A stretch of 64,000 nt of DNA from Eledone cirrhosa (taxonomy: Eukaryota). The position numbers and the translations under genes are program-made. A model generated the notes under the pieces. It was not told where the DNA came from and did no database searches. It saw only the letters and a list, made by a program, of their open reading frames with translations. The DNA lies in contig OZ024743.1 of the NCBI GenBank assembly GCA_964016885.1, forward strand, positions 62,496,001 to 62,560,000. Reading direction: 5' to 3'. Each line of letters starts with the position of its first letter. Positions within the stretch are counted from its first letter, which is position 1. Positions 41,087-55,700 of the stretch are shown one piece after another.

Positions 41087-41425
41087 TGTTTCAGGATGCA
41101 AGAGAGGCATGAAAGCCTGCAATATAATCTTCTTCCAGCTGGGAGAGACACACTGGGGACCATGATGCCAGGCGTCAGACCGTCCACAAGGGCATCGCAG
41201 ATGCAGATGCGAAAAGAGGTCAACTTGTGGCAGAAAAGAGGGACAGACAAAAGTGCAGCGCAGACATACCAACAACCCAGGTCTCTACATATATCTGCAC
41301 CAAGTGCAACAAAGACTGTCACTCACGCATCGGTCTGCAGAGTCACAGCAAACAATGCCAGAGACTAACCGTAACTCGAGGCACATTAAGCATGGTCTCC
41401 TGAAACTGAGCAGCCAATGATGATA
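41087..41425 (+). mobile_element. 3' end of a different RTE (BovB/RTE-1-like) LINE
   Basis: Manual translation ...VAEKRDRQK...YICTKCNKDCHSRIGLQSHSKQC* gives the typical C-terminal Zn-finger. A short 3'UTR ending ATGATGAT follows. Confidence 0.75.
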
Positions 41426-42070
41426 TATATATATATATATAGTGTGTGAGTGTGTGTGCCCCTCTTTCACAGCTTTGAGTACAAATAAATGTTATTTACA
41501 GTGAGCTATTTAATACAGTGAATATTTGCCATATTCTTAAAATAGCATTATTTCTCAATGAATCAGAGAGGCTGTCTGCCAGATATATATGGCATTGAAT
41601 AGCAGTAGTGAGGAATATATGAATAGAGATGGATTATAGTGTATAGAAATGTGAATGGGACATATATATATGTGTGTGCGTGTGTATTAGTTAAGTGTGT
41701 AACATCAGTTTCAGGCGATGCGTGGTTCATCTCTTGATGCGTTGTATTCCAGAGTTAAGGTGACTGTTATATATATGTGTGTGTGTACGGAAACAGTTCT
41801 ATATGAGTAAGACTCGGCCACCTGAGCCAACTTGCCTCAAATGGGATAACCCATCTAACCCATTCTAGCATGAAAAATGCACATTAAACGCTGATGATGA
41901 TGATATATACACATCTGGACTAAAAATGTTTTAGTCCAGAATTAGCCGTCGAAACGGCTTGAGCTCAGCCGTCGGGGTCCTACTCGTTCCTATTACCCAC
42001 TCTACTACCCTAAATATTGAGTACTTTGGTGCGTTATGGTCCATCTGGTTCCTTACTACATTTCCTTTGT

Positions 42071-42112
<42 letters not shown>

Positions 42113-42134
42113 GAAATATATGTATAAACTCTCT

Positions 42135-42220
<86 letters not shown>

Positions 42221-43164
42221 GAAATATATGTATAAACTCACACACATATATAAATATTTGAGATTATTGATTACATTAACAGTTAATATGCTACCTACTT
42301 ATCTACCTACCTACTAACCTACCACACACACCACTTAGCAAGTCTATAATAATCTGATTCCCTAATCAATATATATTCTTGTATTTTGCTGATAAAATCA
42401 CAATGCCTTATTGACTTATAAATAATATATATGTATGTATAGATATATATATTATGTCAGGTCGCTCTCGAGTGCTACTGGTAACATGTAATCCAGTACA
42501 ACCTGTCTCGTGGTCAGCGACTAAACTGGCAACCCCACCAAGCTTGCTTGGTGGGAGGGTGATATTTGGACACCCTGTGGGATAAAATATGAGACCCGGC
42601 AAAGGGCAGAGGAACTCAGCATAGTACTTCTTTTTTTTTTCACCTGGGAGTGTAAGGTCCCCCCCCCCCCTGTTGTCACAACACCTTTCTAAGAGAGGGA
42701 AACTCTGAAAAAAAACCTGCGGCTTCGGAAGCATCTGATGATGTTGACCAGTTCTCCTTTTCGGGTAGTGTTTCCGATGCTCAGAAAGTGGGATTGGTCA
42801 AGTGCAAGGCCTTTCTTTTCCCACTTAAATAACCTTCAAAGCAGGATCTGTTACAAGCGATTGCAATACTCTTAGCAGAGTTTGCAGCGATCATATATAT
42901 ATATATATATATACACATATATACATTATATATTTATGTATATATATAAGTGTGTATGTGTTATTGACAAACACTGAAACGAAAACAGACAGCTATTTCT
43001 AGTCTCCTTTTTGTGTTTAGTAGATTGGTGGCGGTGGTGGTGGCTCCAATCTATTTCCTTTGCCAATGATTCTAGAACATTTTAGTACAAAATTTGCTAT
43101 TATAAGAAAATGTTCCATATCTAAATCTAACTTTTCTCAGGTATTGAATTCTCATTCTCACATA

Positions 43165-43575
43165 TCATCACTGTTTTACATCCATTCTTCCACACTAGCA
43201 TGAGTTAGATGAGTTGTCTTGTGGGCAGTGCTAGGTCAGGTGACCATGCTTTGCTTATACAGAACTGATTCTGGCTTGGTTTCTACAGCTGGATGCCCTT
43301 CCTAGCACCAACCTCATTTATAGTGAGTACTGGGTGCTTTTTGTTGTGACGCCTACATGAGCACTTTACAGTGTGGGCTGGGTGCTTTTCGTCATCATAA
43401 TTACACGATCCCTATACAGTGGGAGGTTGGGATGGGTGTGGCAGGTCATACTGTTTATATTTTTCAGCTTTAACCTGTGCCCATGGGAAGTCGGGTCTTC
43501 TGCATTACTGCATAACACCAGAGATCTCGGTCCTGTGTCATCACCTTGAGAGGTGCAATTGGGCAAGGTTTGCTT
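43165..43575 (-). mobile_element. RTE 3'-end fragment
   Basis: Reverse complement resembles 22820-23230. Confidence 0.75.
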
Positions 43576-43647
43576 TTATACATACATATATATATGCGTG
43601 AGTGTGTGTATGCATATATATTAAAATATATATATATACATATACCT

Positions 43648-46641
43648 AAATGGTCACGTTGGACAACATTGTGACGGCTATGACGGAATCCATGGAGGCT
43701 ATGGGTTTGGTACTAGAAATGAGGAAGGCTCCAGAATCCTGGAATTCTGTGACGCAAATAACCTAACTATCTGTAACACTAACTTAAAAAAACGAGACAA
43801 TCACTTGATCACCTATAGATCAGGGGAACACACCAGCCAGATAGATTATATCCTTACCAGAAGACGTGACAGAGTGTCTGTTGTAAACACTAAATCCCTC
43901 CCCCATGAAGAATGCACCTCTCAACATAGACTCATAATTAGCGACCTCATAGTCAGGACGAGACGTACACGACAACAGAGGAGGACTATCCTCAGGAGAA
44001 AAATATGGAAGCTAAAGGACCCCACAACCAGTAATAAATTTAAAAGCATATTACTTGATGCTTTTGATAGTAAGGAAGAGCAAATAGAGTCGTACAATAT
44101 AGAGGAACAGTGGGAATTCCTGAAAGCTAACCTGCTGAAGGCGACAGAGGAAATCTGGGGCTGGAGCAGACCTATAGGCAGGAGGAGAGTAACTTGGTGG
44201 TGGAACAGTAAGGTGGAGGAGTCAATCAAGGCCAAAAAGCAGGCTTGGAAAGTATGGCGGGATGGGGGAAGTAGAGAAGACTATCAAGTGGCCAGGAGGG
44301 AAGCTAGGAGACAAGTGTACTTCGCAAGAAGGGAAGCAGAGGAAAGAAAGTTCAAGCATGTTCTACAACGCGAGGACCAAAAATGTGAGGTGTTCAGGAT
44401 TGCTAGGCAATGTGTCAAGGAAAACTGTGATATTGTCGGGGAGAAGTGTGTCCTTAATGATGATGGTGTACATGCCATCACTGACGCTGATAAGAAGGTA
44501 GCTTGGAAGTGTCACTACGAAAGGTTACTAAATGAGGAGAATAAATGGGAGAAAGACAGGCTCCCCCACATCGATCCAATAGAGGGACCAGCAGTGCAAG
44601 TTGAAGGTAGTATAATAAGTAAGGCAATCAATATATGAAGACAGGCAAGGCGGCTAGGCCTTCGGAAATAGTTGCTGAAATGCTGAAAGCATCTGGGACG
44701 GTGGGACACACTATGGTCACCCGGATAGTAAACCAAGTCATACAGAATGGGGTTGTTCCGAAGGACTGGCGTAGCAGCATCATCATTAACTGCTACAAGG
44801 GTAAAGGAGATGCCCTAGATAGGGGAAACTAGAGAGGCATTAAATTAATTGACCAGTCATGAAGGTCACAGAAAAAGTAATAGCGCAACTAATCAGAGAG
44901 CGAATTGATCTAGATGAAATGCAGTTCGGGTTTGTGTCAGGTAAAAGTACCACAGACGCTCTTTTCCTTGTATGACAACTACAAGAGAAGTACCTAGCTA
45001 AAAGTAAGCCCCTCTACTTAGCTTTTGTAGACCTGGAAAAAGCCTTTGACAGAGTCCCCTGCTCCATTATCTGGTGGACTCTTAGAAAACTAGGTGTAGA
45101 TGAATGGCTTGTGAGAGCTATGCTAGCCATGTATAAAGAAACAGTCAGCAAGGTTAGAATTAACAACGAATATAGTGAAGAGTTAACAACGAATATAGTG
45201 AAGAGTTGGTGTTCATCAAGGCTCCGTCCTTAGCCCCTCCTATTTATTATTGCCCTTCAGGCTATAACAGAGGAGTTCAAGACCGGCTGCCCATGTGAAC
45301 TCCTATACGCAGATGATCTAACGCTCATAGCTGAAAATCAATGGCTGAACTAGAGAAGAAATTCCAAACATGGGAGTATGGCCTAGAATCAAAAGGCCTT
45401 AAAATTAACCTGTCTAAGACTAAAGTTCTAGTTTGTAGGAAGGATAATAGGGCACTGGTCCCATCTGGGAAATGGCCATGCTCAGTGTGTAGGAAAGGAG
45501 TAGGCAGAAACTCCATTTTATGTCCCAAATTCAAAGTATGGGTGCATAAAAGATGTAGTGGGATCACAGGTAAGCTAACTAAGAATATAGATTTTATATG
45601 TGGCCGGTGCTCAGGTGCAATAAATAGCAGCAAGTGCCCAGGAATACTAGCTCATTCCATTGCACAGATGGTTCTATAGAAATAGTGGACACCTTCCGTT
45701 ACCTGGGTGACAAAATCAGCAGTGGTGGAGGGTGCTCTGAAAGTACAGTAGCTAGAGTCAGAACGGGATGGAAAAAGTTCAGGGAGCTTATACCACTATT
45801 GGCCGCTAAAGGTTTCTCTCTAAAAATGAAAGGCAGGCTGTATGATGCCTGCATACGAACAGTAATGTTACATGGCAGTGAGACTTGGGCATTGTGTGCA
45901 GAGGATATACGCAGACTGGAGAGGAACGAAGCTTGCATGCTCCGTTGGATGTGTAATAGTAATATATGTGAATGGCAAAGCATAAATGAACTAAGGGGGA
46001 AATTAGGAATAAGAGACATCAGATGTTGTTTACTCGAGAGAAGACTACGTTGGTATGGTCACGTGAAGCGCATGAAAGACGACAGCTGTATAAAAAAGTG
46101 CAGGGCGATAAAAATAGACGGTAGCCACGGAGTAGGCAGACCCAGAAAAACCAGGGACGACTTAATAAATTCCGACCTCACACACTTACACCTCTCCAAG
46201 ACAATGTCACTGGACTGAGATCTTTGGCGCTACACAGTAATACAGAAGACCCGCCTTGCCTAAGTACAAAGCGAAACCTACAGTCAGTAGGCACCTCTAA
46301 CAAAAATACACCCCAGTCCCACTACCCCTACTCTATCCACACCACCCCTTTCGATGTAAAGTTATGTTGGTACCACAACGTCCAGTCCGAAATAAATGAG
46401 ATCGTGTAGGTGTCACGACAAAAAACACACAGTCCACGCTGTAATGTGGCCGTGTAGGTAACACGGTAAAAACCTCCCAGTCCACACTGTAAACGTGGTT
46501 GGTGTAAGGAAGGGCATCCAGCCGTAGAAAACCCACCAGACAGTCCTATACGAGCAAGACAACCAATATTGCCTCAAGTGGGAAAATTCCCGTCCAAACC
46601 CATGCAAGCGTGGAAGATGGACGTTAAACGATGATGATGAT
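43648..46641 (+). mobile_element. 5'-truncated decayed RTE LINE (same subfamily as 11890-15030) with (GAT)n tail
   Basis: ORF pieces 43805-44638, 44635-44832, 45341-45679 and 45634-46218, with multiple stops and frameshifts. Confidence 0.95.
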
Positions 46642-46720
46642 ACAAGGGATGACGCAGCCAATAGGCCAGACTTGCCTCACAACAGTGCCACCTTGTTCCA
46701 CACTGTAAATGTGGTTGGTG

Positions 46721-49700
46721 TTAGGAAGGGCATCCAGCTGTAGAAATCCCAGTTGTAGTAGTCATTGTTGTAGTAGTAGTTGTTTTAGTTGTTGTTGTTA
46801 TAGTATTCATTGCTGTAGTAGTAGTTGTTGTAGTTGTTGTTGTTATAGTAGTCATTGTTGTAGTAGTAGTTGTTTTAGTTGTTGTTATAGTATTCATTGC
46901 TGTAGTTGTAGTAGTTGTTGTTATAGTAGTCATTGTTGTTGTAGTAGTAGTTGTTGTAGTAGTAGTTGTTGTAGTTGTTGTTGTTATAGTAGTCATTGTT
47001 GTAGTAGTAGTTGTTTTAGTTGTTGTTGTTATAGTATTCATTGCTGTAGTTGTAGTAGTTGTTGTTATAGTAGTCATTGTTGTTGTAGTAGTAGTTGTTG
47101 TAGTAGTAGTTGTTGTAGTTGTTGTTGTTATAGTAGTCATTGTTGTAGTAGTAGTTGTTGTAGTAGTTGTTGTTATAGTAGTCATTGCTGTAGTAGTAGT
47201 TGTTTTAGTTGTTGTTGTTATAGTATTCATTGCTGTAGTTGTAGTAGTTGTTGTTATAGTAGTCATTGTTGTTGTAGTAGTAGTTGTTGTAGTAGTAGTT
47301 GTTGTAGTTGTTGTTGTTATAGTAGTCATTGCTGTAGTAGTAGTTGTTGTAGTAGTTGTTGTTATAGTAGTCATTGCTGTAGTAGTAGTTGTTGTAGTTG
47401 TTGTTGTTATAGTAGTCATTGCTGTAGTAGTAGTTGTTGTAGTAGTTGTTGTTATAGTAGTCATTGCTGTAGTAGTAGTTGTTGTAGTTGTTGTTGTTAT
47501 AGTAGTCATTGCTGTAGTAGTAGTTGTTGTAGTTGTTGTTGTTATAGTAGTCATTGTTGTAGTAGTAGTTGTTGTAGTAGTTGTTGTTATAGTAGTCATT
47601 GCTGTAGTAGTAGTTGTTGTAGTAGTTGTTGTTATAGTAGTCATTGCTGTAGTAGTAGTTCTTGTAGTTGTTGTTATAGTAGTCATTGCTGTAGTAGTAG
47701 TTGTTGTAGTTGTTGTTGTTATAGTAGTCATTGCTGTAGTAGTAGTTCTTGTAGTTGTTGTTGTTATAGTAGTCATTGCTGTAGTAGTAGTTGTTGTTGT
47801 TATAGTAGTCATTGCTGTAGTAGTAGTTGTTGTAGTTGTTGTTGTTGTAGTAGTCATTGTTGTAGTAGTAGTTGTTGTAGTTGCTGTTGTTATAGTAGTC
47901 ATTGTTGTAGTTGTAGTTGTTGTAGTTGTTGTTGTTATAGTAGTCATTGCTGTAGTAGTAGTTGTTGTAGTTGTTGTTGTTATAGTAGTCATTGTTGTAG
48001 TAGTAGTTGTTGTAGTTGTTGTTGTAGCAGTCATTGTTGTAGTAGTAGTTGTTGTAGTAGTTGTTGTTATAGTAGTCATTGCTGTAGTAGTAGTTGTTGT
48101 AATTGCTGTTGTTATAGTAGTCATTGTTGTAGTAGTAGTTGTTGTAGTTGCTGTTGTTATAGCAGTCATTGCTGTAGTTGTAGTTGCTGTTGTTATAGTA
48201 GTCATTGCTGTAGTAGTAGTTGTTGTAGTTGTTGTTGTAGTAGTCATTGCTGTAGTAGTAGTTGTTGTAGTTGTTGTTGTGATAGTAGTCATTGCTGTAG
48301 TAGTAGTTGTTGTAGTTGTTGTTATAGTAGTCATTGCTGTAGTAGTAGTTGTTGTAGTTGTTGTTGTAGTAGTCATTACTGTAGTAGTAGTTGTTGTAGT
48401 AGTTGTTGTTATAGTAGTCATTGCTGTAGTAGTAGTTGTTGTAGTAGTTGTTGTTATAGTAGTCATTGCTGTAGTAGTAGTTGTTGTAGTTGTTGTTGTT
48501 ATAGTAGTCATTGCTGTATTAATAGTTGTTGTAGTAGTTGTTGTTATAGTAGTCATTGCTGTAGTAGTTGTTGTAGTAGTAGATGTTGTTATAGTAGTAA
48601 TTGCTGTAGTAGTAGTTGTTGTAGTAGTTGTTGTTATAGTAGTCATTGCAGTAGTAGTAGTTGTTGTAGTTGTTGTTGTTATAGTAGTCATTGCTGTAGT
48701 AGTAGTTGTTGTAGTTGTTGTTGTAATAGTAGACATTGCTGTAGTAGTAGTTGTTGTAGTAGTTGTTGTTATAGTAGTCATTGCTGTAGTAGTAGTAGTT
48801 GTAGTAGTAGTTGTTGTAGTTGTTGTTGTTATAGTAGTCATTGCTGTAGTAGTTGTTGTTGTAGTTGCTGTTGTTATAGTAGCCATTGCTGTAGTAGTAG
48901 TTGTTGTAGTTGTTGTTGTGATAGTAGTCATTGCTGTAGTAGTAGTTGTTGTAGTAGTTGTTGTTATAGTACTCATTGCTGTAGTAGTAGTTGTTGTAGT
49001 AGTTGTTGTTATAGTAGTCATTACTGTAGTAGTAGTTGTTGTAGTTGTTGTTGTTATAGTAGTCATTGCTGTAGTTGTAGTTGTTGTAGTAGTAGTTGTT
49101 ATAGTAGTCATTGCTGTAGTAGTAGTTGTTGTAGTAGTAGTTGTTGTAGTTGTTGTTGTTATAGTAGTCATTGCTGTAGTAGTTGTTGTAGTAGTAGTTG
49201 TTGTTATAGTAGTAGTTGTTGTAGTTGTTGTTGTTATAGTAGTCATTTCTGTAGTAGTAGTTGTTGTAGTTGCTGTTGTTATAGTAGTCATTGCTGTAGT
49301 AGTAGTTGTTGTTGTAGTTGTTGTTATAGTAGTCATTGCTGTAGTAGTAGTTGTTGTAGTTGCTGTTGTTATAGTAGTCATTGTTGTAGTAGTAGTTGTA
49401 GTAGTTGTTGTTATAGTAGTCATTGCTGTAGTAGTAGTTGTTGTAGTTGTTGTTGTTATAGTAGTCATTTCTGTAGTAGTAGTTGTTGTAGTTGCTGTTG
49501 TTATAGTAGTCATTGCTGTAGTAGTAGTTGTTGTTGTAGTTGTTGTTATAGTAGTCATTGCTGTAGTAGTAGTTGTTGTAGTTGTGGTTGTTATAGTAGT
49601 CATTGTTGTAGTAGTAGTTGTTGTAGTTGTTGTTGTTATAGTAGTCATTGTTGTAGTAGTAGTAGTTGTAGTTGTTGTTGTTATAGTAGTCATTGTTGTA

Positions 49701-52700
49701 GTAGTAGTTGTTGTTGTAGTTGTTGTTATAGTAGTCATTGCTGTAGTAGTTGTTGTTGTAGTTGTTGTTGTTATAGTAGTCATTGCTGTATTAGTAGTTG
49801 TTGTAGTTGCTGTTGTTATAGTAGTCATTGTTGTAGTAGTAGTTGTTGTTGTAGTTGTTGTTATAGTAGTCATTGCTGTAGTAGTAGTTGTTGTTGTAGT
49901 TGTTGTTATAGTAGTCATTGCTGTAGTAGTAGTTGTTGTAGTAGTAGTTGTTGTTGTAGTTGTTGTTATAGTAGTCATTGTTGTAGTAGTAGTTGTTGTA
50001 GTTGTTGTTGTTATAGTAGTCATTGCTGTAGTAGTAGTTGTTGTAGTTGCTGTTGTTATAGTAGTCATTGTTGTAGTAGTTGTTGTTGTAGTTGTTGTTG
50101 TTATAGTAGTCATTGCTGTAGTAGTAGTTGTTGTAGTTGCTGTTGTTATAGTAGTCATTGTTGTAGTAGTAGTTGTTGTTGTAGTTGTTGTTATAGTAGT
50201 CATTGCTGTAGTAGTAGTTGTTGTTGTAGTTGTTGTTATAGTAGTCATTGCTGTAGTAGTAGTTGTTGTAGTAGTAGTTGTTGTTGTAGTTGTTGTTATA
50301 GTAGTCATTGTTGTAGTAGTAGTTGTTGTTGTAGTTGTTGTTATAGTAGTCATTGTTGTTGTAGTAGTTGTTGTTGTAGTAGTTGTTATAGTAGTCATTG
50401 CTGTAGTAGTAGTTGTTGTAGTTGTTGTTGTTATAGTAGTCATTGCTGTAGTAGTAGTTGTTGTAGTTGTTGTTGTTATAGTAGTCATTGTTGTAGTAGT
50501 AGTTGTTGTAGTTGTTGTTGTTATAGTAGTCATTGCTGTAGTAGTAGTTGTTGTAGTTGTTGTTGTTATAGTAGTCATTGTTGTAGTAGTAGTTGTTGTA
50601 GTTGTTGTTGTTATAGTAGTCATTGTTGTAGTAGTAGTTGTTGTTGTAGTTGTTGTTATAGTAGTCATTGCTGTAGTAGTAGTTGTTGTAGTTGTTGTTG
50701 TTATAGTAGTCATTGTTGTAGTAGTAGTTGTTGTAGTTGTTGTTGTAGTAGTCATTGTTGTAGTAGTAGTTGTTGTAGTTGTTGTTGTGATAGTAGTCAT
50801 TGTTGTAGTAGTAGTTGTTGTTATAGTAGTCATTGCTGTAGTAGTAGTTGTTGTAGTTGCTGTTGTTATAGTAGTCATTGTTGTAGTAGTAGTTGTTGTA
50901 GTTGCTGTTGTTATAGCAGTCATTGCTGTAGTTGTAGTTGCTGTTGTTATAGTAGTCATTGCTGTAGTAGTAGTTGTTGTAGTTGTTGTTGTAGTAGTCA
51001 TTGCTGTAGTAGTAGTTGTTGTAGTTGTTGTTGTGATAGTAGTCATTGCTGTAGTAGTAGTTGTTGTAGTTGTTGTTGTTATAGTAGTCATTGCTGTAGT
51101 AGTAGTTGTTGTAGTTGTTGTTGTAGTAGTCATTACTGTAGTAGTAGTTGTTGTAGTAGTTGTTGTTATAGTAGTCATTGCTGTAGTAGTAGTTGTTGTA
51201 GTAGTTGTTGTTATAGTAGTCATTGCTGTAGTAGTAGTTGTTGTAGTTGTTGTTGTTATAGTAGTCATTGCTGTATTAATAGTTGTTGTAGTAGTTGTTG
51301 TTATAGTAGTCATTGCTGTAGTAGTTGTTGTAGTAGTAGATGTTGTTATAGTAGTAATTGCTGTAGTAGTAGTTGTTGTAGTAGTTGTTGTTATAGTAGT
51401 CATTGCAGTAGTAGTAGTTGTTGTAGTTGTTGTTGTTATAGTAGTCATTGCTGTAGTAGTAGTTGTTGTAGTTGTTGTTGTAATAGTAGTCATTGCTGTA
51501 GTAGTAGTTGTTGTAGTAGTTGTTGTTATAGTAGTCATTGCTGTAGTAGTAGTAGTTGTAGTAGTAGTTGTTGTAGTTGTTGTTGTTATAGTAGTCATTG
51601 CTGTAGTAGTTGTTGTTGTAGTTGCTGTTGTTATAGTAGTCATTGCTGTAGTAGTAGTTGTTGTAGTTGTTGTTGTGATAGTAGTCATTGCTGTAGTAGT
51701 AGTTGTTGTAGTAGTTGTTGTTATAGTACTCATTGCTGTAGTAGTAGTTGTTGTAGTAGTTGTTGTTATAGTAGTCATTGCTGTAGTAGTAGTTGTTGTA
51801 GTTGTTGTTGTTATAGTAGTCATTGCTGTAGTTGTAGTTGTTGTAGTAGTAGTTGTTATAGTAGTCATTGCTGTAGTAGTAGTTGTTGTAGTAGTAGTTG
51901 TTGTAGTTGTTGTTGTTATAGTAGTCATTGCTGTAGTAGTTGATGTAGTAGTAGTTGTTGTTATAGTAGTCATTGCTGTAGTAGTAGTTGTTGTTGTAGT
52001 TGTTGTTATAGTAGTCATTGTTGTAGTAGTAGTTGTTGTAGTTGTTGTTGTTATAGTAGTCATTGCTGTAGTAGTAGTTGTTGTAGTTGCTGTTGTTATA
52101 GTAGTCATTGTTGTAGTAGTAGTTGTTGTTATAGTAGTCATTGTTGTAGTAGTAGTTGTTGTTGTAGTTGTTGTTATAGTAGTCATTGCTGTAGTAGTAG
52201 TTGTTGTAGTTGCTGTTGTTATAGTAGTCATTGTTGTAGTAGTAGTTGTTGTTGTAGTTGTTGTTATAGTAGTCATTGCTGTAGTAGTAGTTGTAGTAGT
52301 TGTTGTTATAGTAGTCATTGTTGTAGTAGTTGTTGTTGTTGTAGTTGTTGTTATAGTAGTCATTGTTGTAGTAGTTGTTGTTGTAGTTGTTGTTGTTATA
52401 GTAGTCATTGCTGTAGTAGTAGTTGTTGTAGTTGTTGTTGTTATAGTCGTCATTGCTGTAGTAGTAGTTGTAGTAGTAGTTGTTGTTATAGTAGTCATTG
52501 TTGTAGCAGTAGTTGTTGTAGTAGTTGTTGGTATAGTAGTCATTGCTGTAGTAGTAGTTGTTGTAGTAGTTGTTGTTATAGTAGTCATTGCTGTAGTAGT
52601 AGTTGTTGTAGTAGTTGTTGTTATAGTAGTCATTGCTGTAGTAGTAGTTGTTGTTGTAGTTGTTGTTATAGTAGTCATTGTTGTAGTAGTAGTTGTTGTA

Positions 52701-55700
52701 GTTGTTGTTGTTATAGTAGTCATTGCTGTAGTAGTAGTTGTTGTAGTTGCTGTTGTTATAGTAGTCATTGTTGTAGTAGTAGTTGTAGTAGTTGTTGTTA
52801 TAGTAGTCATTGTTGTAGTAGTAGTTGTTGTTGTAGTTGTTGTTATAGTAGTCATTGCTGTAGTAGTAGTTGTTGTAGTTGCTGTTGTTATAGTAGTCAT
52901 TGTTGTAGTAGTAGTTGTTGTTGTAGTTGTTGTTATAGTAGTCATTGCTGTAGTAGTAGTTGTAGTAGTTGTTGTTATAGTAGTCATTGTTGTAGTAGTT
53001 GTTGTTGTTGTAGTTGTTGTTATAGTAGTCATTGTTGTAGTAGTTGTTGTTGTAGTTGTTGTTGTTATAGTAGTCATTGCTGTAGTAGTAGTTGTTGTAG
53101 TTGTTGTTGTTATAGTCGTCATTGCTGTAGTAGTAGTTGTAGTAGTAGTTGTTGTTATAGTAGTCATTGTTGTAGCAGTAGTTGTTGTAGTAGTTGTTGG
53201 TATAGTAGTCATTGCTGTAGTAGTAGTTGTTGTAGTAGTTGTTGTTATAGTAGTCATTGCTGTAGTAGTAGTTGTTGTAGTAGTTGTTGTTATAGTAGTC
53301 ATTGCTGTAGTAGTAGTTGTAGTAGTTGTTGTTATAGTAGTCATTGCTGTAGTAGTAGTTGTAGTAGTTGTTGTTATAGTAGTCATTGTTGTAGTAGTAG
53401 TTGTTGTTGTAGTTGTTGTTATAGTAGTCATTGCTGTAGTAGTTGTTGTTGTAGTTGTTGTTGTTATAGTAGTCATTGCTGTAGTAGTAGTTGTTGTAGT
53501 TGCTGTTGTTATAGTAGTCATTGTTGTAGTAGTAGTTGTTGTTGTAGTTGTTGTTATAGTAGTCATTGCTGTAGTAGTAGTTGTTGTTGTAGTTGTTGTT
53601 ATAGTAGTCATTGCTGTAGTAGTAGTTGTTGTAGTAGTAGTTGTTGTTGTAGTTGTTGTTATAGTAGTCATTGTTGTAGTAGTAGTTGTTGTAGTTGTTG
53701 TTGTTATAGTAGTCATTGCTGTAGTAGTAGTTGTTGTAGTTGCTGTTGTTATAGTAGTCATTGTTGTAGTAGTTGTTGTTGTAGTTGTTGTTGTTATAGT
53801 AGTCATTGCTGTAGTAGTAGTTGTTGTAGTTGCTGTTGTTATAGTAGTCATTGTTGTAGTAGTAGTTGTTGTTGTAGTTGTTGTTATAGTAGTCATTGCT
53901 GTAGTAGTAGTTGTTGTTGTAGTTGTTGTTATAGTAGTCATTGCTGTAGTAGTAGTTGTTGTAGTAGTAGTTGTTGTTGTAGTTGTTGTTATAGTAGTCA
54001 TTGTTGTAGTAGTAGTTGTTGTTGTAGTTGTTGTTATAGTAGTCATTGTTGTAGTAGTAGTTGTTGTTGTAGTAGTTGTTATAGTAGTCATTGCTGTAGT
54101 AGTAGTTGTTGTAGTTGTTGTTGTTATAGTAGTCATTGTTGTAGTAGTAGTTGTTGTAGTTGTTGTTGTTATAGTAGTCATTGTTGTAGTAGTAGTTGTT
54201 GTAGTTGTTGTTGTTATAGTAGTCATTGCTGTAGTAGTAGTTGTTGTAGTTGTTGTTGTTATAGTAGTCATTGTTGTAGTAGTAGTTGTTGTAGTTGTTG
54301 TTGTTATAGTAGTCATTGTTGTAGTAGTAGTTGTTGTTGTAGTTGTTGTTATAGTAGTCATTGCTGTAGTAGTAGTTGTTGTTGTAGTTGTTGTTATAGA
54401 AGTCATTGTTGTAGTAGTTGTTGTTGTAGTTGTTGTTGTTATAGTAGTCATTGCTGTAGTAGTAGTTGTTGTAGTTGTTGTTGTTATAGTAGTCATTGTT
54501 GTAGTAGTAGTTGTTGTAGTTGTTGTTGTTATAGTAGTCATTGTTGTAGTAGTAGTTGTTGTTGTAGTTGTTGTTATAGTAGTCATTGCTGTAGTAGTAG
54601 TTGTTGTTGTAGTTGTTGTTATAGTAGTCATTGTTGTAGTAGTAGTTGTTGTAGTTGTTGTTGTTATAGTAGTCATTGCTGTAGTAGTAGTTGTTGTAGT
54701 AGTTGTTGTTATAGTAGTCATTGTTGTAGTAGTAGTTGTTGTAGTTGTTGTTGTTATAGTAGTCATTGCTGTAGTAGTAGTTGTTGTAGTTGTTGTTGTT
54801 ATAGTAGTCATTGTTGTAGTAGTAGTTGTTGTAGTTGTTGTTGTTATAGTTGTCATTGCTGTAGTAGTAGTTGTTGTAGTTGCTGTTGTTATAGTAGTCA
54901 TTGTAGTAGTAGTAGTTGTTGTAGTAGTTGTTGTTATAGTAGTCATTGCTGTAGTTGTAGTTGTGGTAGTTGTTGTTGTTATAGTAGTCATTGCTGTAGT
55001 AGTAGTTGTTGTAGTTGTTGTTGTTATAGTAGTGATTGCTGTATTAGTAGTTGTTGTAGTTGCTGTTGTTATAGTAGTCATTGCTGTAGTAGTAGTAGCT
55101 GTTGTAGTTGTTGTTATAGTAGTCATTGCTGTAGAAGTAGTTGTTGTTGTAGTTGTTGTTATAGTAGTCATTGCTGTAGTAGTAGTTGTTGTTGTAGTTG
55201 TTGTTATAGTAGTCATTGCTGTAGTAGTAGTTGTTGTAGTTGCTGTTGTTATAGTAGTCGTTGCTGTAGCAGTAGTTGTTGTAGTAGTTGTTGTTATAGT
55301 AGTCATTGCTGTAGTAGTAGTTGTTGTAGTTGTTGTTGTTATAGTAGTCATTGTTGTAGTAGTAGTTGTTGTTGTAGTTGTTGTTATAGTAGTCATTGCT
55401 CTAGTAGTAGTTGTTGTTGTAGTTGTTGTTATAGTAGTCATTGTTGTAGTAGTTGTTGTTGTAGTTGTTGTTGTTATAGTAGTCATTGCTGTAGTAGTAG
55501 TAGTTGTAGTAGTAGTTGTTGTAGTTGTTGTTGTTATAGTAGTCATTGCTGTAGTAGTTGTTGTTGTAGTTGCTGTTGTTATAGTAGCCATTGCTGTAGT
55601 AGTAGTTGTTGTAGTTGTTGTTGTGATAGTAGTCATTGCTGTAGTAGTAGTTGTTGTAGTAGTTGTTGTTATAGTACTCATTGCTGTAGTAGTAGTTGTT

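Noticed and set aside
42730-42782. CTGATGA flanked by GCATC/GATGC
   Set aside because: No GAAA box or cleavage triplet in the right place.
46709-51943. 1744-aa Cys/Ser-rich (keratin-associated or metallothionein-like) ORF
   Set aside because: It is the antisense reading of the same 45-bp satellite, starts at a GTG inside RTE 3'UTR, and ends at a sporadic variant.
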